DNA from: Candidatus Thorarchaeota archaeon
GTDB taxonomy: Archaea > Asgardarchaeota > Thorarchaeia > Thorarchaeales > Thorarchaeaceae
Assembly: GCA_003345555.1 (NCBI GenBank)
Contig: PRDJ01000050.1
Coordinates: 1-32,000, forward strand
Direction: 5' to 3'
Length of the DNA: 32,000 nucleotides
Shown: piece after piece, positions 17,144 through 25,115 of the stretch
How the letters are laid out: each line of letters begins with the position of its first letter
How positions within the stretch are numbered: the stretch's first letter is position 1
Made by a program: the position numbers and the translations under genes
Notes under the pieces: generated by a model
Database searches by the model: none
Told to the model about the DNA's origin: nothing
What the model saw: only the letters and a program-made list of their open reading frames with translations

Positions 17144-18139
17144 ATGCCCTTGATATGTCTCGGCCTCGAGGGGACTGCGCATTCATTCGGAGCTGGCGTT
17201 GTCTCTGGTGAAGGCAGAGTTCTGTCAAACTGTTGGGACATGGTCTCTCCGCAGGAAGGTGGCATTCATCCGCGTGAAGCAAGCCGGCATCACTCGGACA
17301 TGGGTCCTGACATCATAAAGAAGGCATTGACAGAAGCCGGCGTCGCTTTTCGTGATATCCATCTAATCGCTTTTTCACGCGGCCCCGGGCTAGGGCCCTG
17401 TCTCAGGGCAACTGCTACCATGGCACGTTCTCTAGCCTTGAAACTAGGAGTCCCGCTCGTAGGTGTAAATCACTGTGTCGCGCACATCGAGATAGGCTGT
17501 CTTGAGTCTGGGTTTAGAGACCCTGTCACGGTATACGTATCTGGCGGCAACACTCAGGTGATTGCTTTCGCAGGGAACAGGTTCAGAACCTTCGGCGAAA
17601 CCTTGGATATTGCCATCGGCAACATGCTCGATGTCCTAGGACGTATCGTCGGCATGCGTTTCCCAGCTGGTCCCGGAATCGAGAAGGAGGCAGAGAAGGG
17701 CGAGAATTACCACAGCTTGCCCTATTCCGTCAAAGGAATGGATGTCAGCTATTCCGGCATGTTGACTGCGGCACGGAGACTCTACTCGGAAGGAGTGGCG
17801 CTATCGGATTTGTGCTACAGCGTCCAAGAAACAGCCTTTGGCATGCTTGCCGAGGTCACTGAGCGCGCCATTGCACACACGAAGAAGACCGAGATATTGC
17901 TCACTGGCGGGGTAGCTCGTAACAAGCGTCTCGGAGAGATACTCACAGGCGTAGCCAACAGACATGGAGCGGCTTTTCATACTGTTTCTCCCCCGCTGGC
18001 AGGCGATCAAGGTGCTATGATAGCATGGACCGGCATTTTGCAGCATAGTGCAGGCGACAAGCTCGACGTTGCAGACTCACACGTAAGACCGAAATGGCGC
18101 ACCGACGAACAGGACATAACATGGAGGGCGTCTAGCTAG
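17144..18139 (+). CDS. kae1: KEOPS tRNA t6A threonylcarbamoyltransferase Kae1
   Basis: LGLEGTAH, GGIHPREA, GPGLGPCL, HCVAHIE, YVSGGNT and DQGAMIA. Confidence 0.97.
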   Translation: MPLICLGLEGTAHSFGAGVVSGEGRVLSNCWDMVSPQEGGIHPREASRHHSDMGPDIIKKALTEAGVAFRDIHLIAFSRGPGLGPCLRATATMARSLALKLGVPLVGVNHCVAHIEIGCLESGFRDPVTVYVSGGNTQVIAFAGNRFRTFGETLDIAIGNMLDVLGRIVGMRFPAGPGIEKEAEKGENYHSLPYSVKGMDVSYSGMLTAARRLYSEGVALSDLCYSVQETAFGMLAEVTERAIAHTKKTEILLTGGVARNKRLGEILTGVANRHGAAFHTVSPPLAGDQGAMIAWTGILQHSAGDKLDVADSHVRPKWRTDEQDITWRASS

Positions 18140-18141
18140 AA

Positions 18142-18765
18142 ATGGAACCATGGGCGATAGGTGCCGAGTCGACCATCTTCAAGACTGAGCAGTGGGGGCG
18201 TCCTATAATCTTGAAGTGGCGTCCAGAGAAACCCTACCTTCTGAAAGAGATCGACGAACAACTGAGGCGCACTCGAACCAGCAGGGAGTGCAAGATGCTC
18301 ACATATGCCCGCTTGTTGGGTGTCCCCACTCCGGCGGTACACTGGACGAATCTTGCTAGCTGCACAATAGCCATGGATTACATTGAAGGGAGGCAGCTGA
18401 AGTTAATGGCCGGTACGTTATCGCGGTCTTTATTGCACGAACTCTGTTACAGGTTCGGGCAGTCAATCGCGCTAATGCATAGAGGAAATGTGGTGCATGG
18501 AGATCCTACGACAAGCAATGTTCTGATTGATGGCAAGTCTCGACTTTGGATGGTAGACTTCGGGTTGGCAGAATGGAACGCTACACTTGAAATGAAGGGC
18601 GTGGACCTGCACCTTATCCATCGTGCACTGGAGACTACTCATTGGGATCAGCAAGAGGACATGCTTGCGGGAGTGCTTGAAGGATACATGAGTCTCCTTG
18701 GCAGTGATGCCGAACTGGCGTTTTCAAGGATGAAATCTATCCGGGAGCGCGGCAGGTACCATTAG
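18142..18765 (+). CDS. bud32: KEOPS kinase/ATPase Bud32
   Basis: GAES, KWRPEKPY, VVHGDPTTSN, VDFGL and GVDLHL; directly follows kae1. Confidence 0.95.
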   Translation: MEPWAIGAESTIFKTEQWGRPIILKWRPEKPYLLKEIDEQLRRTRTSRECKMLTYARLLGVPTPAVHWTNLASCTIAMDYIEGRQLKLMAGTLSRSLLHELCYRFGQSIALMHRGNVVHGDPTTSNVLIDGKSRLWMVDFGLAEWNATLEMKGVDLHLIHRALETTHWDQQEDMLAGVLEGYMSLLGSDAELAFSRMKSIRERGRYH

Positions 18766-18828
18766 CTACACAGGTTACCCTTGTCTAGGGTGACCAAGCC
18801 ACACTGACCCTCCAGTCACACGGCAATC

Positions 18829-18835
18829 TTTATAT
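18829..18835 (+). promoter_or_regulatory. BRE/TATA of the rps15 operon
   Basis: GCAATCTTTATAT; the same GCAATCTTTA precedes the DP1 gene. Confidence 0.6.
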
Positions 18836-18902
18836 CCGGAGCCAAGGGGCGATGGTGAGGAGCGGGTTTTTACAAAGCTCTGTCGACCAAGAGGTCGTAT
18901 CC

Positions 18903-19358
18903 ATGGCGAGGATGCACACTAGACGCAAAGGCCAGTCTGGAAGCAAGAGACCATCGACTCTTCAAACACCCCAATGGTTGAACAAGGATGCTTCGTGGGT
19001 TGAGAAGACCGTAGTTGAGATGGCCAAGGGCGGCAACAGCCCATCAATGATTGGCATGATTCTGCGTGATCAGTATGGCGTCCCGCTTGTGAGAGTGGTC
19101 ACAGGGAAAAGAGTATCCGAGATTTTGAAGGAAAACAACCTTCAGAGACGGATACCTGAAGACCTGCGCAACATGATTGCGAAAGCCACCGAAATTCGCA
19201 GGCACCTCGAGGAACACAAGAAGGATCTTGTTTCAAGAAGAGGCCTTCAGCTTGTCGAAAGCAAGATACATAGGCTCTCGAGATACTACAGGAGAACAAG
19301 AGTTCTTCCGTCAGACTGGAAGTACTCTCCTGAACAGGCCGCGGTTTTGTTGAGATAG
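18903..19358 (+). CDS. rps15: Small-subunit ribosomal protein uS15 (S15P/S13e)
   Basis: MARMHTRRKGQSGSKRP, IGMILRDQYGVP, IPEDLRNMI and GLQLVESKIHRL. ATG at 18903 after GAGGT. Confidence 0.97.
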   Translation: MARMHTRRKGQSGSKRPSTLQTPQWLNKDASWVEKTVVEMAKGGNSPSMIGMILRDQYGVPLVRVVTGKRVSEILKENNLQRRIPEDLRNMIAKATEIRRHLEEHKKDLVSRRGLQLVESKIHRLSRYYRRTRVLPSDWKYSPEQAAVLLR

Positions 19359-19392
19359 TCTTATCAGAATCCTCAGTGTCATTCAGCTCGAG

Positions 19393-20733
19393 ATGAGTGC
19401 GAGGGACTTCAGTACTCGGGAGCTCGATGCCCTAGGAGTCAAATACAGGAACGTATCTCTGGACAAAGGTGCACGGGTACTGATTGTGAGTTCGCCTGCT
19501 CCCGAGGCGGTACTGGCAAGCACACTCTTGTGCCGGTCAATCATGAAAACTGGCGGGGTCTTCCATATCACATTTGTTGAACCTGTGATAGATGCCCGAA
19601 CTCTCGAACGGCTCCTGGACGCAAACCCGAAGCATACCATCATAGTTATTGGAGCTGACGTGACTGATGATGTCTCTCCTAATCCTGAGCTCCCACCGCC
19701 GATTGTAATAGGCGGCAGGATTCGCGCTGGCGCTATTTCTGAACACTCTTTCAACATAAGAGAACGGGTTCCTGTCGGCGCTTATGTCATTGCCCGAGAA
19801 AAGCTGGAACTCGGGCTTGAGGAGCTATATCTGGCGGCTGCCGGACTACTTGTGCAGGATCAATCATTAGCTGAATCAGACCGTGTGTTGAAAGAGATAG
19901 TACTGCTTGCGCAGGAAAGGAATACTCTACGAGAACGAAGAGGCTTCAGGGCTTTCGGAACGAACTTCCTCCCTCTAATCGAGACTCTCTCAAGCAGTAT
20001 CAGCCCTTATCTGCGAGGCATAAGCGGAGCCCTCGATTCCTGCGAACGCATTCTGAGTGAGGCTGACATACCCCCATCAAGGCGCAACATGCCGATTGAA
20101 GCTTTAGCAAGTGAAGAAAAACGGCGGCTCACCGAGAAGCTGACGTTGAAACTGGATGTCTCTGCAATACGACGACTGCTGGGCTTGGACTTTGAAAACT
20201 GCCTTGAACCCGAAAGCAGTCCCCTGCGATTCCTTTCTGCAGTCAAGTCCATGTCAGAAGTGGCATGGAGCCGGCACGAAACGGGCTTGGCTATGGCCGT
20301 CTGGATGGGCGATCGCGCCAGAATGCTTCGAATGCTTCTTGATTCCTATAGGCTTCACTGTAGACAGACTATATCAGGAGTGGAGCGGTTCATGTCGATT
20401 CGGAGTAAGAATGAGGTGAATACCCAATCGGATTCGGTAGCTGTAGCTCCTATGTCTACAGTGCCGTGTGAGGTCCTTTCTGACGTGGGTCGAATCATAT
20501 TCGAGATCTCGTACGTTGATCCAGAGCGGTTTCTTGTCTTGGAGACGGAAGACTGTGCCTGTGTTGTATGGGCTTCTGATGACATGAGCCTGTCCGATGT
20601 CCTGCAGTCTTTCATGACGGCCGGATTATCATCATCTTCTGCTTCTCCGAAATCAGTATTGGTTCAGCTTCCAAAGGAGAAACGACAGAATCTCGTTAAT
20701 GCGATAGGTAGTCTCGCAGGAGAGATGAGATAA
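19393..20733 (+). CDS. RecJ/GAN/Cdc45-like DHH-family protein with degenerate catalytic motifs
   Basis: Sits between rps15 and pcc1. Retains GFRAFG..PL..TL..SISPYLRGISG and GLAMAVWMGDR blocks but has no DxD or DHH motif. Confidence 0.75.
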   Translation: MSARDFSTRELDALGVKYRNVSLDKGARVLIVSSPAPEAVLASTLLCRSIMKTGGVFHITFVEPVIDARTLERLLDANPKHTIIVIGADVTDDVSPNPELPPPIVIGGRIRAGAISEHSFNIRERVPVGAYVIAREKLELGLEELYLAAAGLLVQDQSLAESDRVLKEIVLLAQERNTLRERRGFRAFGTNFLPLIETLSSSISPYLRGISGALDSCERILSEADIPPSRRNMPIEALASEEKRRLTEKLTLKLDVSAIRRLLGLDFENCLEPESSPLRFLSAVKSMSEVAWSRHETGLAMAVWMGDRARMLRMLLDSYRLHCRQTISGVERFMSIRSKNEVNTQSDSVAVAPMSTVPCEVLSDVGRIIFEISYVDPERFLVLETEDCACVVWASDDMSLSDVLQSFMTAGLSSSSASPKSVLVQLPKEKRQNLVNAIGSLAGEMR

Positions 20734-20975
20734 TGATAGTTGTTACTATCGAGCTGGAGCTTCAGCCAATCGCAGATGCCCAACGGGTATTGGCTTCCGT
20801 GCTTCCAGATAACGTACCACTGCCTACCGGTCTCAGAATCGAGTCGGAGACACTCAACGGAAAGCTTGTCTTCAGGATTGAGTGTAATCGAGCGTTGGAT
20901 TCACTTAGAGCGACAATAGAGGATCTATTGAGTGCAGTCGACTTATCACTCAGGACTCTCAAGTCTACGGAATAG
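20733..20975 (+). CDS. pcc1: KEOPS subunit Pcc1
   Basis: 80 aa; SVLPDN, LDSLRATIEDLLSAVDL. TAATG overlap with the DHH gene. Confidence 0.85.
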   Translation: MIVVTIELELQPIADAQRVLASVLPDNVPLPTGLRIESETLNGKLVFRIECNRALDSLRATIEDLLSAVDLSLRTLKSTE

Positions 20976-20982
20976 TCGAACG

Positions 20983-22479
20983 TCAATCAATGGACGAAGT
21001 CTCAGGTAAGTCCTCGTCGGGCGTCTTCCAGTCCGCCCCCTCGCCAGCCAGACTGAAGTACGCTGCTTTGGCCTTCAATCGTGCGACGTCCGCCAATTCC
21101 TTTGTTATGAATCCTCTTTGGACAGCACGCTTAAGCAGATGCTGATCGATTATCCTCGTCTCTCCTTGGGTTGGGCTTACCACATCGATTTCCAAGTCTA
21201 TATATCTAATTCGACTAGGACTGTTTCCGGAACCAGGGTAGATTTCTACTCCTGTGTTCACATTCACATAAGTGCCTCTGGGATGTTCATCATGGGAGAA
21301 GTATTCGGTTACGAGCGTTGTTGAGCCAGGTATAGCATGAGTAATTGCGAAGTCTCCTTCGTACTCTTCCATTTCTACGTCTTCTGTGAAGTCGGGGGCA
21401 AGCTTCAGCTTCCTGCCTGTGTACCTGAACTGTCTTCTGATAAGAAGTTCTTGGGCCGTGATAGCAATGACTCTGCCTTTGGACAATACTATGTTCCTAC
21501 CGTCAAGCTTGACATGCTCTATGTTAATGGGATCGTCAACCTTCGGCATGTCCTTGTTGATTATCTTCTCAAGCTTCGACATAATGTACGCTCTTTCGTT
21601 CGGGCGCTCTTCGATGATTGTTTCTGCGAGCTCTACGATGGCCGCATAGCCCGCGCTCTTGTAGAAGTGATGCAGCTTTATCGTAGGCGTAATCTTTGCC
21701 CGGGTAACGTCCAGTGCTTCTTTCACTTCAGAAGGGAACTCAATGTCTGCATTGCTTGTTCCTTCAAACAGAAGGTCGGGTGTACTAGTCTTGTCGAACT
21801 TGGATTGAACTTGCTGGGCTGTATCAAGCAGGTCGTCTATCTCGTTGCGTAACTCATCCTCTGCAAGTCTCTCAGCTGATGTTCTCCAAAGAATGCCCCA
21901 GTTCTCCGAGCTCTGCCTGATTCTTTCGCCTAGACCAAGTAAATGATTGCGCATTTCCTTATCCTTGATCTTTGCGCTCAATCGGACCACCGGTTCTGGC
22001 AGTAACACCGCAGCTTTACCGGGAATGGTTATGCTGGACGAGAGCACAGGAGACTTTCTTCCATAGTCATGGGCTCTCACTTGGACCATTATGTACGTCC
22101 CCTGTTTGAGGCCCTTCTCGGGCAGTAGACCAGCTATCCCTCCCAAGTCCACTTTGGTCTGCCCGGTCTTCTCATCTGTTCCAAGGACAGTGCCCTTGTA
22201 TATCGAGCCCTTTGCCACACGCGGCGTACGTGTTATTACATTGCCGAGTCGTCTGCGAAAAACATCCGTCAGGCGGCTCAAGACCGATTCATAGGCAATG
22301 GCAACGACGCCCTGCAAATCACTGCGGTCCCACATATCCACGTCTGGAATCTCGTCACGAAAAGGCAGGCCGAACCTTCGTGCAACCTCAGGACTGGGCT
22401 GCACCACATCAAAGTGGTTCTGTAGCATTATCTGTGTCAGTGATTGCGAATAGATTCCTCTTATCCTCACCTTGCTCAT
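20983..22479 (-). CDS. fau-1: FAU-1 AU-binding RNase (RNase E/G-like plus DUF402)
   Basis: VRIRGIYSQSLT, S1-like MVQV region, HHFYKS, YVNVNTGVEI and RYIDLEIDVV. ATG at 22479. Confidence 0.9.
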   Translation of the reverse strand: MSKVRIRGIYSQSLTQIMLQNHFDVVQPSPEVARRFGLPFRDEIPDVDMWDRSDLQGVVAIAYESVLSRLTDVFRRRLGNVITRTPRVAKGSIYKGTVLGTDEKTGQTKVDLGGIAGLLPEKGLKQGTYIMVQVRAHDYGRKSPVLSSSITIPGKAAVLLPEPVVRLSAKIKDKEMRNHLLGLGERIRQSSENWGILWRTSAERLAEDELRNEIDDLLDTAQQVQSKFDKTSTPDLLFEGTSNADIEFPSEVKEALDVTRAKITPTIKLHHFYKSAGYAAIVELAETIIEERPNERAYIMSKLEKIINKDMPKVDDPINIEHVKLDGRNIVLSKGRVIAITAQELLIRRQFRYTGRKLKLAPDFTEDVEMEEYEGDFAITHAIPGSTTLVTEYFSHDEHPRGTYVNVNTGVEIYPGSGNSPSRIRYIDLEIDVVSPTQGETRIIDQHLLKRAVQRGFITKELADVARLKAKAAYFSLAGEGADWKTPDEDLPETSSID

Positions 22480-22556
22480 AGGCAACACTGGCCCGGACCT
22501 TAGGCGTCAGAACCCCATTCGTGAGGACCGCGTATCCGCCGTCTATTCCATGAAAG

Positions 22557-22850
22557 CTAGTCACGTATCGGCTCCAGGAGACTAGAAACATGCCAGATTT
22601 TCGTTCGTGCATGGTTAGGGCAATTCGGATCTTGACTTGGCTCATCAAGAATTGCGATTGCGTTCTGCGCCCTTACTGCCGGCGAATCTGAGCCGCGGTC
22701 AAGGACTGCGATAGCCTCATTGGCTGCACGACGAATGTTTCGGGGGACCGATGAATCTTCAGATATCTGTCTAAGCAAATACTTCGACTGGTCTATGCTC
22801 CTCTGTATCTCTGGCTCCAATTGGCTCACCTCTGAATAGTCTTGCCGCAC
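22557..22850 (-). CDS. UPF0147 family protein
   Basis: ISEDSSVPRNIRRAA, RAQNAIAILDEPSQDPNCPNHARTKIW. Confidence 0.9.
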   Translation of the reverse strand: MRQDYSEVSQLEPEIQRSIDQSKYLLRQISEDSSVPRNIRRAANEAIAVLDRGSDSPAVRAQNAIAILDEPSQDPNCPNHARTKIWHVSSLLEPIRD

Positions 22851-23031
22851 GAATGGAGTGCGTTAACAACCAGAGCATCAGACTTGGCGTGACCATATCA
22901 ACATTGCGACATGGTTGATGGTTTCGAATGACCTGGGATTTTGTCTTGACGGACGTAGACCGGTCACACTCTTCGTCCGACACCGGTATCACTTATTACA
23001 TCGTTTCTCATCTTGCTGGGCTCGGATAGGA

Positions 23032-23418
23032 ATGGCCGACAAGACTGATGCATCAATCAAGAAGATGGCCGACCTGCTACGTCGAGGCGCTACGATGCTG
23101 GCGCAGGCCTGTCCGCAGTGCGGGTCTCCTCTGTTCAAGGTAGGGAATGATACCTATTGCGTCGCATGTGATCGTCGCATAGTGGTCGTGCGCTCAGGCC
23201 AGGAATTGGAGACTCCGGCATCCAACACAGTGGTATCACAGCTGAGGGAGACTTTGATTCGGAAACTGAAAGATGTGAACGAGCTGGTTGCAGGCGAGAA
23301 TGACGTCGAAGCGCTCACAAAGCTGGCGCGACTGATGGTCTTGCTACTTCAAGCATTGCACAGACTTGAGAGTATGAGTCGTATCGTGGATGCCAAGAAC
23401 ACGGCAAGAGGGCCTTGA
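23032..23418 (+). CDS. UPF0148 / Sjogren autoantigen p27-like zinc-ribbon protein
   Basis: KKMADLLRRGATMLAQACPQCGSPLF ... YCVACD. ATG at 23032 after ATAGGA. Confidence 0.88.
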   Translation: MADKTDASIKKMADLLRRGATMLAQACPQCGSPLFKVGNDTYCVACDRRIVVVRSGQELETPASNTVVSQLRETLIRKLKDVNELVAGENDVEALTKLARLMVLLLQALHRLESMSRIVDAKNTARGP

Positions 23419-23481
23419 CAATGGCCCTACGTCAGGGACGATCTACTTCTGATTGAACTAGAACGCCCGGTTGCGTCCCTG
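23409..23481. terminator. Tandem hairpins between convergent UPF0148 and rps3Ae
   Basis: AGGGCC/GGCCCT (23409-23428) and CAGGGACG/CGTCCCTG (23433-23481). Confidence 0.35.
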
Positions 23482-23486
23482 CGGAC

Positions 23487-24170
23487 TTAGCTCGATGCTT
23501 CAGGCGTTTCTTCAGTCTCGGCCTTTGGACCGCCCCTTCGGAGCCTTGCCCTTCTGGCCCTCACTTCCTCTGGCGCCTTCAACACCTTGCTCTTTCGAAT
23601 CTCACATTCGCGAATGGGTGTGATCTTCTTGACCTCTTCCTGAACTTCCTTGGCGAGATCTCCGAGAATCACTTTCTGAACCAATTCATCAAATGTGTGC
23701 TTCTTTGCGTGTCCGACTATGACGTTCTCAATGGCTTTCCTCACAGAGTGCTCTTGGCTAGTCTTCGAGCGAGTTATGGTGAACACAATCACAGAAATCC
23801 GCATCATATAGTCGTCTTTCGTGAGTATGGGCCCAATCCAGTCTATCCTAGATGTGCCTCTTCTGACAAGACCACGCAAATAGTCTGAGCTCCATTCATG
23901 ACCATAGAAGACGGTCTTAGCCTGCTGCCCCACGACTCCCGTTATCTTGAATCGAAGCTTGACGTGAATCTGATCGAAATTGCCGGTAATGTCGTAGAGT
24001 GTGGGCTCCAATGTGCGTCCAATCACCGAGTCCGGAGTCTCCCCTGGCGTGCTGCCAATCTCCTTGTTACCAAAGTACTCTGGTGCCAAGACCTGATACC
24101 AAGCTTTCTCTCTCCACTTGTCTCTTGCTCTTGCTGTAGTGGCTGCTATTTCCTTGGTCTGCGAGGACAC
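23487..24170 (-). CDS. rps3Ae: Small-subunit ribosomal protein eS1 (S3Ae)
   Basis: RDKWREKAWYQVLAPEYF, GRTLEPTLYDITG, DYLRGLVRRGTSRID and CEIRKSKV. Confidence 0.97.
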   Translation of the reverse strand: MSSQTKEIAATTARARDKWREKAWYQVLAPEYFGNKEIGSTPGETPDSVIGRTLEPTLYDITGNFDQIHVKLRFKITGVVGQQAKTVFYGHEWSSDYLRGLVRRGTSRIDWIGPILTKDDYMMRISVIVFTITRSKTSQEHSVRKAIENVIVGHAKKHTFDELVQKVILGDLAKEVQEEVKKITPIRECEIRKSKVLKAPEEVRARRARLRRGGPKAETEETPEASS

Positions 24171-24392
24171 GTCACATCACACTCTTGGTGATATACTCTA
24201 GAATGGTCCGAAGAATCTCAATCCACGCCGTGGTAACGCCACGGTTCCCGCCGTCATCCTACGGTGCTAATAAAAAGGTTGTGACGTGGGTTGAGCCGTT
24301 TCCTTAGTTAGACGCCCTAGTACAGGTCCAAGCCAAAGCTGGTAGCAAACTAAATATCCCGATGCGAACAGTTCTTCGTCGAGGATACTATT

Positions 24393-24560
24393 ATGTCCGA
24401 AGTCACATGCCCGCACTGCGGATCCAAGGATGCTGCGCTCGTAAGGAAAGAAGTAATCGGGGGTGGCAAGCTCAACAGGCGCAAGTGGAGATGTCCACGC
24501 TGCAATCATATTTGGGAGACCGTGACGGATTCAAGCGGCAAGCCGGTCAAGACGAGCTAA
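24393..24560 (+). CDS. Small C4 zinc-ribbon protein (55 aa, TFIIS/RpoM-C-like pattern)
   Basis: Hand translation: MSEVTCPHCGSKDAALVRKEVIGGGKLNRRKWRCPRCNHIWETVTDSSGKPVKTS, with GAGG 8 nt before the ATG. Missing from the ORF track, where no ORF is under 60 aa. Confidence 0.8.
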   Translation: MSEVTCPHCGSKDAALVRKEVIGGGKLNRRKWRCPRCNHIWETVTDSSGKPVKTS

Positions 24561-24671
24561 AGAGTAGATACAAACACACCGTCATTCTTCAGCAACAGTC
24601 ATGTTGCAGTCTAAGAATGTCCGGTATTTCAACACTGACCGAAGTCGAATCAGGACGCGTTCCCAAAATCG

Positions 24672-24677
24672 TTATAT
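24672..24677 (+). promoter_or_regulatory. TATA box of tRNA-Leu
   Basis: CCAAAATCG-TTATAT about 30 nt upstream of the tRNA. Confidence 0.6.
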
Positions 24678-24704
24678 CGTGTAGCTAGCCGATGACCCAG
24701 CAGA

Positions 24705-24818
24705 GCGGAGGTTGCCAAGCTAGGTCAAAGGCGCGAGACCGAGGCGCACGGCCAAGGCGCGATGCTTAGGACCTCGTTCTGTAGAGATTCGCGCGTTCGA
24801 ATCGCGCCCTCCGCACCA
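24705..24818 (+). tRNA. tRNA-Leu(TAG) with a 26-nt non-canonical intron at position 30/31 (24738-24763) and encoded CCA
   Basis: Acceptor GCGGAGG/CCTCCGC, long variable arm and T-arm GCGCG-TTCGAAT-CGCGC. Removing 24738-24763 restores CGAGG-CTTAGGA-CCTCG. BHB: central helix CGCG/CGCG, bulges AG|A and AT|G. Confidence 0.92.
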
Positions 24819-24896
24819 CCTCCCCCCATTGGACATCTTTCTTGTAGCGAACAGGCCGAGACTATCTATCTCAAGCGGCGGAATACTCACTGAAGG

Positions 24897-25115
24897 TTAG
24901 CACAGGCGCCGAGGACGAGATTCGAACTCGCGAGCCACAAGGGCAACGGTTTTCGAGACCGTCTCCGTAACCACTTGGATACCTCGGCTAGAATACGACG
25001 CGCCTGTCAGGAAGGCGAACCGAAGCACGTCGGGCGAGCTGTGGATTGCACGAGATTTAACATTAACTACGCATCTCGAATCTCCAAGTTCCACAACGTT
25101 AAGTCTCTTGCTCAA
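24897..25115 (-). CDS. Small hypothetical protein (72 aa)
   Basis: TTG start overlaps the phosphohexomutase stop (TTGA). No family recognised. Confidence 0.5.
   Translation of the reverse strand: MSKRLNVVELGDSRCVVNVKSRAIHSSPDVLRFAFLTGASYSSRGIQVVTETVSKTVALVAREFESRPRRLC

Noticed and set aside
22893-22979. Small stems in the UPF0147/UPF0148 divergent spacer (ATCAAC/GTTGAT, CGGACG/CGTCCG)
   Set aside because: Six-bp stems are expected by chance at this GC content, with no further support.
22915-23031. N-terminal extension of the UPF0148 ORF
   Set aside because: The family-like sequence starts at ATG 23032, which has its own SD.
24362-24688. 108-aa ORF in the track
   Set aside because: It is an alternative frame over the zinc-ribbon gene and runs into the tRNA-Leu promoter.
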